This document shows positions 20,601-30,225 of a stretch of DNA of 64,000 nt, one piece after another. This DNA is from Elusimicrobia bacterium UBA5214 (lineage in GTDB: Bacteria > Elusimicrobiota > UBA5214). How positions within the stretch are numbered: position 1 is the stretch's first letter; each line of letters starts with the position of its first letter. The stretch is from positions 130,095-194,094 of the forward strand of contig DHVG01000002.1 of NCBI GenBank assembly GCA_002412545.1, read 5' to 3'. The notes under the pieces were generated by a model that saw nothing but the letters and a program-made list of their open reading frames with translations, searched no databases and was not told the origin of the DNA. A program made the position numbers and the translations under genes.

Positions 20601-21722
20601 ATGGTAAATCCGCGCTATCAGAAACGTTTAGAAAGATGTGGTCATTTGATGAAAGAAACCGGACTGGATGTTATTCTGCTCAGTAAACCGGCTAATCTGT
20701 TTTATCTTACCGGTGACGGTCGTCTCTGTGCCTACGCGATGGTTACGCAAGGAGGTAAAGTTGCTCTTGGTGTTCCGCAGACCGATGTGGAAGATGTCAA
20801 GCAGGTGGCACATTTTGACCATCTTGTTGGTTTTGAAGATGAGGTGGGGATGATACATTCTATTGCGCATTACTTTATGCATTTTAATATTAGTAAAGGT
20901 GTATTGGGGCTGGAATATACTTTTCTCACTCAAGTAATGATGGGAATGTTTACCCATCCCCATGCCAAGCCGAAAGGGGTAACGGTCAAGGACTGTACCC
21001 ATATTATGTCTGAACTGCGTATAGTCAAGGATGCCGAGGAAATTGAAAATATCCAGAGAGCAGCAAAAGTGGCTGATGTGGGAATGGATGCGGCAGTAAA
21101 AGCGGTGAAACCAGGTCTCAGCGAAAGCCAAATTGCTGCCGAATCCGAGTATGCAATGCGGCAGAACGGTGCTGAAGGTTTTTGGCGAACTTATGTCTCC
21201 TCGGGTCCGCGGACAAATATTGCTCACGGGTTACCTACATTACGCAAACTGCAAAACGGTGATTTGGTAATGATTGATGTTCATCCAATTGTTAATGGTT
21301 ACAGTGCGGATATGTGTCGGACAGTATGCGTGGGTAAACCAACGGTAGAGCAGCAAACCGCTTAAGATTTGTATTTAAAAGCACAACAGGCAACCATCAG
21401 CAAAATCAAAGCCGGGGTCAAGATAATGGAGCTTGAAGAGACATTGCACGGAGTGCTTAAAAACGCTGGACATAGTGAGCATATTTTCGGTCCACCGATT
21501 CACGGTGTCGGTATAGAGTTTGAAGAAGCACCTTTACCACCTGGACATGCTTTTTTCCACGGTGAAAAAGAACCACCACCTTTAGAAACTAATGTAGTCA
21601 TTTCGGTAGGTAATTGCGGCTTGTATACTGGTCCTTGGGGTGTGCGCGTGGAAGACACGGTAGTTGTTGGTGCCGAGGGACCGGTTGTTCTCACCGGTTA
21701 TCCACGAAAATTGGGGAAATAG
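20601..21722 (+). pseudogene. M24-family Xaa-Pro aminopeptidase/prolidase interrupted by a single in-frame TAA at 21363-21365
   Basis: ORFs 20601-21365 and 21369-21722 are in the same frame. The junction ...GKPTVEQQTA*DLYLKAQQATI reads continuously across the stop. Metal-ligand motifs (H..GHG..H, E..V) lie in the second part. Confidence 0.55.
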
Positions 21723-21775
21723 GTGTGACCATTTCTCAAAAAGATAAAGAACTGCAGGCAGGACAACACCGTCCC

Positions 21776-22895
21776 TCAGTAGAATTTGTTAACAACGAAT
21801 TTAGCAATTCGACAGGCAGCATCAGGGAGAGAAAACTTTTTTACACGATTTTGTAATTCCTTAATTTTTTCCGGTGAATTAACCAGTTTGACAATCAAAG
21901 AGACAATTTTATCCGGTTCGGTCTCCACATAACCAAGTTCATGTTTCTTAATTAGTTCCGCATTACCTTCTTCCTGCCCGGGAGTAATATGGGTAATGAT
22001 TATCGGTTTACCAGCAGCAAGACATTCGGTTACAATTGCTCCTCCAGCTTTAGTTACCACTAAATCCGCTGCCCGTAAGTAATTAGCCATATTATCTACC
22101 CAGGAGAAAATGCGTGTTGACGGGAAATATTTTCTTTTGCTTAATTCTTGGTAAACATTCTCATACTTGCCGCAGATTACCATAATCTGTCCAGGTAGAC
22201 CTACATAATTGCTTAACTTCTTAATTACTGCAAGCAATTTTTCTATTTTTCCTAAACCAAGGGTGAAAAGGATAGTCGGCACTTCCGAGTTTAATCCTAA
22301 ATCGTTAAGGAATTTGTTCCGATTGAAAGGTTCACCAAGTTCAGGATTTACTGGGAAACCAAAGACCTTGATTTTTTCCGGATTAACCCCTTGGTTTATA
22401 ATTACTTCGGCAGTATCTTGGTTCGGAACAAAATAGTAATTGACTAATTCACTTAGCCACGAATAGTGTATAGAAATTGAGTCAGTAATTACCATTAAAT
22501 ATTTTATTTTTTGGTTAAACTTTTCGTTATATACTTCAAGGATATAATTCCAGTAAGGATGAGTAGAAATAAGCAGGTCCGGTCTCTTTTCGTTGAAAAG
22601 TTGGTAAAATGGTTTATAAAAAGGTTCAGTAAAAATGTTCATAATCCGGAATATCTGTTTACAGTTGGTAAGACGGTAGGTTAAGTCCCAGAGGGAAGGA
22701 CAATATTCAACACTTTTTTCGTAGTAGTTACGGGCAAAATTGGTAATTAAAGGATTACCAATTTTTACTAAATCAAGCACCTCAGTTTCTACTTCTTCCG
22801 GGTATCCGCCGATTTGGCGGATTGCTTCATTGAGATAACGTGCGGCAGTTAGATGTCCTGAACCATAACTTGCGGTTAAAATGAGGATTTTTTTC
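21776..22895 (-). CDS. Monogalactosyldiacylglycerol-synthase-like glycosyltransferase (MGDG_synth N-domain plus GT1 C-domain)
   Basis: MKKILILTASYGSGHLTAARYL start with RBS agagga. The C-terminal GT-B block (VTKAGGAIVTECLAAGKPIII...PGQEEGNAE) is present. Confidence 0.7.
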
Positions 22896-22997
22896 ATTTT
22901 GAAGTAATTCCTCTTAGCACTGATTACTACAGATAAAGACCCTGATGACCACGGATAAATCTGCGTAATCTGGTCTCTAATCTGTGTAATCTGCGTT

Positions 22998-24710
22998 TTA
23001 CATTTTTTCCGGTGCAGAAACACCGATTAAGTCCAACCCGGTTCGGATAATTGTTCTTACTGCTTCTACTAAACTTAGCCGGGCTAAAGTCAAATTCCTA
23101 TCTTCGGAAATTACCCGATATTTTTCGTAATAACGGTGGAACAAATTAGCCAACTCCAAGAGATAGACCGCTAAATTGTGCGGACTTAAATTTTCTGCAC
23201 AAGTTACCAGAATATCCGGGAAAAAAGAAAGTTTTTTTATTAAGTCAAGTTCTGATTTTTCTTTCAATAGTTGATAGTTGATAGTTAATAGTTGATAGTT
23301 GATTCCTTCTTTTTCTGCCTGACGGAAGATACTTACTGCACGCGTATGTGCGTATTGGATATAGTAGACCGGATTTTCCGGGGATTGTTTCTTTGCCAAG
23401 TCAAGGTCAAATTGTAATTGTGCTTCCGGTGAACGGGTAAGAAAGAAATAACGACAGGCATCTTTTCCTACCTCATCCAGTAATTGTCGCAGAGTAACAA
23501 ATTCACCTGCCCGGGTAGACATTGCTACCGGTTGTCCTTCACGGATAAGACTTACCAACTGGTAAAGAATAATCTGTAACTGCTCCGGTTTGTAACCGAG
23601 GGCTTTTATTCCGGTTTTCATCCGGGCAATGTATCCGTGGTGGTCAGCTCCCCAGAGGTTGATTAGGCGGTCAAATTTTCGTTCCAATTTATCCCGGTGG
23701 TAGGCAAGGTCACCAGCTAAATAAGTTGGACGGCCGTCAGCACGAATCAGAACCCGGTCTTTCTCATCGTTCCCTAAGGTAGATTTGAACCATAAAGCAT
23801 TGTCTTTTTCGTAGGCATATCCCTTCTCTTTCAGTTGAGAAATTGTCTCTTCCACTTTTTTCTTTTGGTAAAGGTCGGACTCGGTGGACCAAATATCAAA
23901 TTTAATACTAAAATCTTCCAAATCTTTTTTGATGTCTTCAAGGTTTTCTTCCATAGCGATTTTGGAAAAATAACTTTCTGGTTTCTTTTCTATATCGGCT
24001 GGAGTAAGAACTCCTGCTCTTTCTTGACGGGCTATCTTTGTAGCCATTTCTATAATATCCTTTATATACTCCCCACGGTATGCAGCATTATTTAACCATT
24101 CTTCTTCTTCCGGTGTTAATTTCTTCTTAAATATGAATTCTTTTATTCTTAATTTTACCGTTTTACCTAAGTTTTCAATCTGGTTGCCGATATCATTGAT
24201 ATAATACTCCCTTTTTACTTCCCAACCGAGAAAAGAAAAAATTCTGGCTAAAGAATCACCGATTGCTGCACCTCTGCCGTGTCCGACATGGAGCGGACCG
24301 GTAGGATTTGCCGAGACAAATTCAAAAAGTATTTTTTCTCTTTTACCTAAGTTTGTTTTTCCATAATTTTTTCCTTGTCCTAAAATTGTTTTTAATTCTT
24401 GATAAACTCTTTCTGGAGCAAGAGAAAAATTGAGAAAAACCGGGGGCATAAATTCGACTTTAACGAACGGAGAAGAGGGAGTGATAAGTGAAGGGATAAT
24501 TTTATTGGTAATCTCCATAATCTCCACGGCTGGTTTATCTATCTCCTGACTAATAATTGAAACAATATTACATGACCCATCAGCAGAAATGTGTGCAGGT
24601 GGAATTTCTACCGTAGGTTTTGGTAGTTTTCTATTCTCAGGAATAATTTTTTCTTTTTTTAGTTGTTCAATCAGCTGGTCAATAAAAGTATAAATTTCTT
24701 CTTTAATCAT
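22998..24710 (-). CDS. argS: Arginine--tRNA ligase
   Basis: Class I HIGH motif (PTGPLHVGHGRG), the anticodon-binding DALK domain and a C-terminal ...VSAPEKM. It contains an in-frame TAGTTGA tandem repeat (23266-23303). Confidence 0.95.
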   Translation of the reverse strand: MIKEEIYTFIDQLIEQLKKEKIIPENRKLPKPTVEIPPAHISADGSCNIVSIISQEIDKPAVEIMEITNKIIPSLITPSSPFVKVEFMPPVFLNFSLAPERVYQELKTILGQGKNYGKTNLGKREKILFEFVSANPTGPLHVGHGRGAAIGDSLARIFSFLGWEVKREYYINDIGNQIENLGKTVKLRIKEFIFKKKLTPEEEEWLNNAAYRGEYIKDIIEMATKIARQERAGVLTPADIEKKPESYFSKIAMEENLEDIKKDLEDFSIKFDIWSTESDLYQKKKVEETISQLKEKGYAYEKDNALWFKSTLGNDEKDRVLIRADGRPTYLAGDLAYHRDKLERKFDRLINLWGADHHGYIARMKTGIKALGYKPEQLQIILYQLVSLIREGQPVAMSTRAGEFVTLRQLLDEVGKDACRYFFLTRSPEAQLQFDLDLAKKQSPENPVYYIQYAHTRAVSIFRQAEKEGINYQLLTINYQLLKEKSELDLIKKLSFFPDILVTCAENLSPHNLAVYLLELANLFHRYYEKYRVISEDRNLTLARLSLVEAVRTIIRTGLDLIGVSAPEKM

Positions 24711-24736
24711 TTCTTATACACGAATAAACACGAATT

Positions 24737-25150
24737 TTACTTTTCTCGCGAATATTTGCGAATTGTTTTCTTTTTTGCGATTTGGCGTTTCTTGATGCGT
24801 TTTTGCGTTGTTTCCCAAGAGACCATTTTCGCTCCCTTCCAGAATTTTTCTAAATTGTAGAAATTACGTATCTCGGGCAGGAAAAGATGAACAATCAATC
24901 CACCGTAATCTAAAACTTGCCAGGAAGAGGACGAAACGCCATCTTCACGGAGAGGAGAAATATTTTCTTTACTTAAATTTTCGTTTAAAGTTTCTCTTAA
25001 AGTCGTTAAATGCAAGGAAGAAGTAGCATTAGCGAGAAAAAAATAGTCAGTAAGGAAAGTCAACTTACGGACATCAAGGATAACTATTTTTTCTGCTTTT
25101 TCTGCCCGAAGCAATAAAGCAATTTTTTTTGCTAATTGACGGAAATTCAC
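24737..25150 (-). CDS. rsfS: Ribosomal silencing factor RsfS (Iojap)
   Basis: KIVILDV.....TDYFFLANATS..H......L.E.L......EG.....W.VLDYGGLIVHLF..E.R.FY.LEKFW. Confidence 0.75.
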   Translation of the reverse strand: MNFRQLAKKIALLLRAEKAEKIVILDVRKLTFLTDYFFLANATSSLHLTTLRETLNENLSKENISPLREDGVSSSSWQVLDYGGLIVHLFLPEIRNFYNLEKFWKGAKMVSWETTQKRIKKRQIAKKKTIRKYSREK

Positions 25151-25175
25151 GAGATATCAATCACCTCCCTGATGA

Positions 25176-26420
25176 CTACTTAAGAATTTTTTTATCTTTT
25201 AAACAATCTTCACCAAGAATAATAGTTACATCAACCATCCTTTCCGGTTCAATATTACTAATTAAATCGTTACCCGGAAAGATACTTTTTACCTTTTCGG
25301 TTTTTTTTAAATCACCAGTCCGGTCAATAATCAGGGTAGATTGCTTTTTCTCCCCATAATTACCCCATTTAATTACATCTACCCCCTGGCGCCGTAAAAA
25401 ACGGGTCATCCGGAGAGCTAATCCTTGTTGTTCAGTAGCATTCCATACTTCAGCAGTTACGGTAGGTAAAACTGTCTCTTCAGTTGAAATTTTTTCTTCC
25501 GGTTTTATTTCCTCTAATCTGCTCACTGAAAGCAATTCAGTTACCGGACCGATTTTTCCTTTATCGGGTATCCATAAATTAGAGTCGGGTCTTCCGGGAA
25601 GATAAAGAATACGTAAATTATCCGGAGAGAAATTTTTTACTTCCGAAGATAAATTTAGCAAATCCCAGAATGATAGATTCGTCTGAATTTTTGCGACGGC
25701 TTCTTTCAGGAGTAAAGGTAACCTAAAAAAAAGTAAAGGATTCTTTATTTTAGCAAAGATACTGCGTAAAAACCGTTGTTGGCGGACAGTCCTTTCCGTA
25801 TCACCGCTTTCATCACGGTAACGGACATATTCCAGTGCCTTTTTGCCGTTGAGAATATATTCACCGGGCTCAAAATGGATATCCAACTTTCCCCAACTAT
25901 CATGATAATCCATAACTTTATCTATTTTGATTGGTATGCCACCGAGTAAATTAACAATTTTGACAAATGATGAATAGTCTAACTGGCAATAATAAGGGAT
26001 AACAATTTGCTTTTCTTCCGAAGAAAGGAATTCTTCAATTACTTTTTTGAAAGAAGCGGGAGCTTGCGAGTTCCCTTCCTGACGACAATAATAAGCATAA
26101 ATTTCGTTAATTCTCTTATTTCTGAAGTAGTTACCTCTTGGTACCGTAGATTCAATTCTTGTATCCCGCGGGATGAAAAGTAAATTAAGAGATTTTTCTT
26201 TGGGTAAGTAACTAAAGACAATAATCGTATCCGCATGTTTAGCGTAAGCAACTTCGTCACAACCGAGGAGTAAACCGTAGATAGTTTCATTTTTACTGAT
26301 TGCTTTAGTAAGCGGACTGGTTAAGGAAAAATATAAAGAAAAAATAATCAGTAACAGGAAAATTGCAAAAATATAGTGTTCGGTCTGAAATTGGGAGAAA
26401 ATTGTTTTATTTTTTTCCAT
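25176..26420 (-). CDS. LytR-CpsA-Psr (LCP) family cell-envelope transferase
   Basis: N-terminal TM. DTIIVFS...L..IPRDT....P.....KINE.YAY is the LCP domain core. Confidence 0.7.
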   Translation of the reverse strand: MEKNKTIFSQFQTEHYIFAIFLLLIIFSLYFSLTSPLTKAISKNETIYGLLLGCDEVAYAKHADTIIVFSYLPKEKSLNLLFIPRDTRIESTVPRGNYFRNKRINEIYAYYCRQEGNSQAPASFKKVIEEFLSSEEKQIVIPYYCQLDYSSFVKIVNLLGGIPIKIDKVMDYHDSWGKLDIHFEPGEYILNGKKALEYVRYRDESGDTERTVRQQRFLRSIFAKIKNPLLFFRLPLLLKEAVAKIQTNLSFWDLLNLSSEVKNFSPDNLRILYLPGRPDSNLWIPDKGKIGPVTELLSVSRLEEIKPEEKISTEETVLPTVTAEVWNATEQQGLALRMTRFLRRQGVDVIKWGNYGEKKQSTLIIDRTGDLKKTEKVKSIFPGNDLISNIEPERMVDVTIILGEDCLKDKKILK

Positions 26421-26991
26421 AGAGCCGATTTTGGTAAATATATTCTTCTACATTCCCAGGGACAAAATATTTTATACTTTTCCCTTCACCGATATATTCT
26501 CTAAGTTCTTTACTGGAAATATCTAAACCAAGAAGGGGGAAAACAGTGACCTTTTTAAGGATTTCCTTTTTTACTTTCTCAGTTGGAACTCCCGGGCGCA
26601 TACCGACAATGAATGAACATAATTCTAATATTTTTGTTCCTTTTTCCCAAGTATCAATTTCAAGCAGTGTATCCGAACCAATAAGAAAAAAAAGTTCATC
26701 TTTTGGGTATTTTCGTTTAAAAAAGTTTATTGTTTTGTAAGTGTAAGATTTACCTTTACTCTTTAATTCAAATGGGGAAAGAGAAAAGTATTTATTGTTT
26801 TGAATCGCCAGTTTTACCATCTGGTAGCGGTCTTCTGCTGGAGCAAGGTCAGAAACTTTATGTGGCGGCTTACCCGCAGGAATAAAAATAACCTGGTCTA
26901 AATTGAGGTATTCTCTTGAGGTTTCGGCTAGAATCAAATGTCCGTAATGAATTGGGTTAAAACAACCACCGAATAATGCAATTTTCATCAT
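26407..26991 (-). CDS. nadD: Nicotinate-nucleotide adenylyltransferase
   Basis: IALFGGCFNPIHYGHL (H/T-x-G-H nucleotidyltransferase) and SDTLLE motifs. Confidence 0.85.
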   Translation of the reverse strand: MMKIALFGGCFNPIHYGHLILAETSREYLNLDQVIFIPAGKPPHKVSDLAPAEDRYQMVKLAIQNNKYFSLSPFELKSKGKSYTYKTINFFKRKYPKDELFFLIGSDTLLEIDTWEKGTKILELCSFIVGMRPGVPTEKVKKEILKKVTVFPLLGLDISSKELREYIGEGKSIKYFVPGNVEEYIYQNRLYGKK

Positions 26992-27092
26992 TCCGTTATT
27001 TCCGTTGAGTCCGTTTTGACCGTTTAGTCGGTTATTTCCGTTGAGACCGTTGAACGGGCTGAACGGACTAAACGGATTAAACGGACTTAACG
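26992..27092. repeat. Roughly 100-bp hairpin built from CCGTT/AACGG heptamer-like repeats. It fills the entire proA-nadD intercistronic gap.
   Basis: The left half is (tccgtt[atg]n)x6 and the right half is (aacgg[agt]n)x6, so the two halves are reverse complements. Confidence 0.85.
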
Positions 27093-27093
27093 C

Positions 27094-28377
27094 TTATTCT
27101 CTTATCTGTCCTTTTCCAAAAACAATATATTTGGTTGAAGTAAGTTCATTAAGACCCATCGTCCCCCGGGCATGTAATTTTTGGGTAGAGATACCAATTT
27201 CCGAGCCAAACCCGAAGACACCACCGTCATGCAGACGGGTAGAAGCATTGTGAAATACCGCACTCGAGTCAACTTCCTGCAAAAATTTTTTTGCGGTTTC
27301 TTTATTTTCGGTAACGATTGTTTCACTATGTCCGGAACCATACTTATTGATATGCTCAATTGCTTCCTCTACCGAATCAACAATTTTTATTGCTAAAATC
27401 AAAGTGAGATATTCTCGATACCAATCGTCCTCAGTGGCTGGTTTAACCTCAGGAATAATTTGTTGTGTCCTTGTGCAACCACGGAGTTCTACGCCGGCTT
27501 TTTTATATTCCTCAATCATTAAGGGTAAGAATTTTTTGGCAATTTCTTGATGCACAAGTAATTTCTCCATTGCATTGCATACACCCGGACGCTGAACCTT
27601 AGCATTATAACAGATTTTAATTGCCATCTCTATATTTGCTTCCTTATCTACATAAGTGTGACAGTTACCTTTACCATGAGCAAGAACCGGGACGGTCGCT
27701 TTCTCCCGAATTGCCCGAATCATTTCTTCACCACCACGGGGAATGACTAAATCAATATACTGGTCTAATTTAATTAACTCAGAAATTGCCTCCCGTTCAG
27801 TAGTTTCAATGAACTCAATACTTCCATCTGGAATACCATTTGCATAAGCAGTTTGTCCAATAATTTTTGCTAAGATTGTATTTGTCTTGATTGCTTCCGA
27901 ACCACCACGCAAAATTACCGCATTACCCGATTTCAAACATAGACCACTCGCTTCTATGGTAACATTGGGGCGGGATTCGTAAATCATTAAAATTACACCC
28001 AGCGGGACCGATACTTTCTGGATTTTTAATCCATTCGGTTCGGTTTTGTTTACCTTGAGCCCGCCGAAAGGTCTAGTCCATTCAGCAATAATTTTACCTA
28101 CCGGGTCAGACAAATCAACAATTTCTTTTAGCCCCTTTACCATTTCACTAATTCTTTTTTCATTTAAAGTAAGACGGTCAATCAGTGCTGAAGAAAGATT
28201 TACCTTTTTAGCATTATTCAAATCAACTTGGTTAGCAGAGAGAATTTTTGTTTTTTCTTTCTTTAAAGCATCCGCTATTGCTAAAAGTGCCTTGTTCTTT
28301 ATTTCAGTACTTAAATTTGCTAATTTCCGACAAGCACTTTTTGCCCTTTCTGCTTTTTTAATCAGTTCTTCTTTCAT
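27094..28377 (-). CDS. proA: Gamma-glutamyl phosphate reductase
   Basis: Aldehyde dehydrogenase fold with Cys in ...GQ.CNA.E..LVH motif; ...IPRGG...I and GHSE.I.T. Confidence 0.9.
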   Translation of the reverse strand: MKEELIKKAERAKSACRKLANLSTEIKNKALLAIADALKKEKTKILSANQVDLNNAKKVNLSSALIDRLTLNEKRISEMVKGLKEIVDLSDPVGKIIAEWTRPFGGLKVNKTEPNGLKIQKVSVPLGVILMIYESRPNVTIEASGLCLKSGNAVILRGGSEAIKTNTILAKIIGQTAYANGIPDGSIEFIETTEREAISELIKLDQYIDLVIPRGGEEMIRAIREKATVPVLAHGKGNCHTYVDKEANIEMAIKICYNAKVQRPGVCNAMEKLLVHQEIAKKFLPLMIEEYKKAGVELRGCTRTQQIIPEVKPATEDDWYREYLTLILAIKIVDSVEEAIEHINKYGSGHSETIVTENKETAKKFLQEVDSSAVFHNASTRLHDGGVFGFGSEIGISTQKLHARGTMGLNELTSTKYIVFGKGQIRE

Positions 28378-28508
28378 TTTTCTCCTCTATCCGAAAACCA
28401 ATTTGACGCTGAAATTGTTACTTCTTTTTCGTTTAAGGTCACAACTTATGACCTTATATCCAGGAATAAAAAATTGTTTTCTTTTTAATTATCTCTGTGC
28501 TGATTTTA

Positions 28509-29063
28509 TCAATCTACACGAAAACCTATTTTCTTTTCAGGTTGCTTCGGTGGTGCCAGTAATTTATTTATAAGTTCAAAGACGACTTTAAATTGACGGT
28601 CATATTTCTTTTCCATTTCTTCAATTTTTCTTTTCAAATCTTCGTGTGTTGATAATATCCGTCTCAATTTTGCAAAAGTTCTCATAATCTGGATGTTCAC
28701 ATAGATAGCTCTTTTGCTATTTAATACACTGGAAAGCATAGCCACACCCTGCTCAGTAAAGGCGTAAGGGAGATATCCTCCTAAACTCCTTTTTGATGGT
28801 ATCACATTTTGTGATACCAAGATTTCTGCTTCTTCCTTAGTAAGTTTTAACATAAAGTCTTCCGGAAAACGGTCTTTATTTCTTTTTACCTGTTGTCTTA
28901 GAGCGATAGGTTTTACTCCGTAGAGTTCTGCAATGTGCCGGTCTAAAATTACATTTAATCCTTTTATTAAAAAGATTTTATTTTCTATTCTTTCTTGTGG
29001 AACTATTTCTTGAATTGTGCTTTCATCTTTTTTCATTTTTTTCACCTGACAATGGTTCGGCAT
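28509..29063 (-). CDS. ORF6N-domain protein (KilA-N/Bro-N-related, antirepressor-like)
   Basis: IRGQ-like ...ILDRHIAELYGV...LRQQVKRNKDRFPEDFMLKLTKEE...GGY.PYAFTEQGVAMLSSVL.S.RAI.VNIQIMRTF matches the ORF6N consensus almost residue-for-residue. Confidence 0.75.
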   Translation of the reverse strand: MPNHCQVKKMKKDESTIQEIVPQERIENKIFLIKGLNVILDRHIAELYGVKPIALRQQVKRNKDRFPEDFMLKLTKEEAEILVSQNVIPSKRSLGGYLPYAFTEQGVAMLSSVLNSKRAIYVNIQIMRTFAKLRRILSTHEDLKRKIEEMEKKYDRQFKVVFELINKLLAPPKQPEKKIGFRVD

Positions 29064-29263
29064 TGCTCACCACGGTAAAGGGATTGAACCGTTTTTTAAT
29101 TCCTCCGTCCCAATTCTCCCTGTTCAATGTTTATTCCGTAAAGCGTAGAAGCGTAGCCGGCCCTTAAGGGTCGGCTACCTCTTTTCCGTCACAGTTGTCA
29201 AGTAGCGTCCCCTTTTCGTTAATTCCCTCTGTCCCAATTTCCTATTTTTTGATAGTCTAAAAG

Positions 29264-29791
29264 TCATTCCAATTGTTCATATTTATCTGTCCATTCCATG
29301 GGTACGGGCGGCATTTTTGCTTGTTTGTCTATAACATCAATAACTTTTTCCGTATCCTCCACAAAATTTCTAGCATTGTCTAGAGTACATAATTTTTCCC
29401 ATCTTGTTAAAGGTGAATTCTCAGAAGTGCTTTCTATTTCTTCAGTTCTCGAGTGTACTAATTTGTTTCTCAGTTTAAATATCAAATCGAATGATTGGAA
29501 TGGTCGCTTACTGTTGTCAACTTGAAAATGTAATTTTTCACAGATAATTTTAAGTTTTGCTTTTGGAGACAATGACCTCTCTAAGTCAGCCCAACATTTG
29601 AAATTTAGATTGCCTAAATGATTCAAATAACTTTCTAATGTAAAAGCACAAAAAAGACAAGTAGCCATAATTTTATATGTTTGCCCGGCCATATCATTTG
29701 ACAATTCCAAAAAATGTTTTGACGCTGTTAATAACCATTTGTATGTATAAATAATTCTGCTGGTTCTACAAGTTCTTTTCATTATCTCCAT
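29264..29791 (-). CDS. Hypothetical protein with a HEPN-like Rx4H motif (candidate Abi/toxin RNase)
   Basis: FKLRNKLVHSRTEE contains R-N-x3-H at about aa 105 of 175. The gene is AT-rich, sits in the island and is followed by a small TM gene. Confidence 0.3.
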   Translation of the reverse strand: MEIMKRTCRTSRIIYTYKWLLTASKHFLELSNDMAGQTYKIMATCLFCAFTLESYLNHLGNLNFKCWADLERSLSPKAKLKIICEKLHFQVDNSKRPFQSFDLIFKLRNKLVHSRTEEIESTSENSPLTRWEKLCTLDNARNFVEDTEKVIDVIDKQAKMPPVPMEWTDKYEQLE

Positions 29792-29841
29792 AGTTTTCCC
29801 CTAAAATCATTTTTTCTACTTCTTGTTTGCTTGACAATTTT

Positions 29842-30057
29842 TTAATTCCCTCTGATCTGTAATATTTGGATTATAATAAAAATAATTTGGATAATACCAA
29901 GAAAAATCATGGCTCCTGATAAATAACTGCTTTTACAATTGAATTTATCTATTGATTCTCGTAAGCGTATAATTAATTCTGCTAAAGATTTTTGACTTTG
30001 TTCTAAACTTCCCCATGTAGTTCCTTTAATTATTTTACTATCACTTTCATTGTTCAT
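29842..30057 (-). CDS. Small single-pass membrane protein, hypothetical
   Basis: RBS gggagggg upstream and a C-terminal hydrophobic helix AMIFLGIIQIIFIIIQILQI. It starts 51 nt downstream of the HEPN-like gene. Confidence 0.35.
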   Translation of the reverse strand: MNNESDSKIIKGTTWGSLEQSQKSLAELIIRLRESIDKFNCKSSYLSGAMIFLGIIQIIFIIIQILQIRGN

Positions 30058-30225
30058 AGTTTACCCCTCCCGAAATTATATTTTCAACTTTTTGTTTAGC
30101 TTCGGATAAAAGTTCTTTTGTTTTTATGCGTGCTTCGTGTGATTGGCGAAAACTGGCAACAGAGTCAACAAGTGTCCTTTTTCCCGAAAAACTTGCTTAT
30201 AAATAGATATATATAACAATCCCAT

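Noticed and set aside
21363-21365. Selenocysteine or pyrrolysine recoding at the in-frame stop of the M24 peptidase
   Set aside because: The codon is TAA, not TGA or TAG, and no SECIS-like hairpin follows. A nonsense mutation or sequencing error is more parsimonious.
26992-27092. CRISPR array hypothesis for the regular short repeats
   Set aside because: The units are 7-8 bp, contiguous with no 25-40 bp spacers, and many lie inside intact coding sequence. There are no cas genes in the window.
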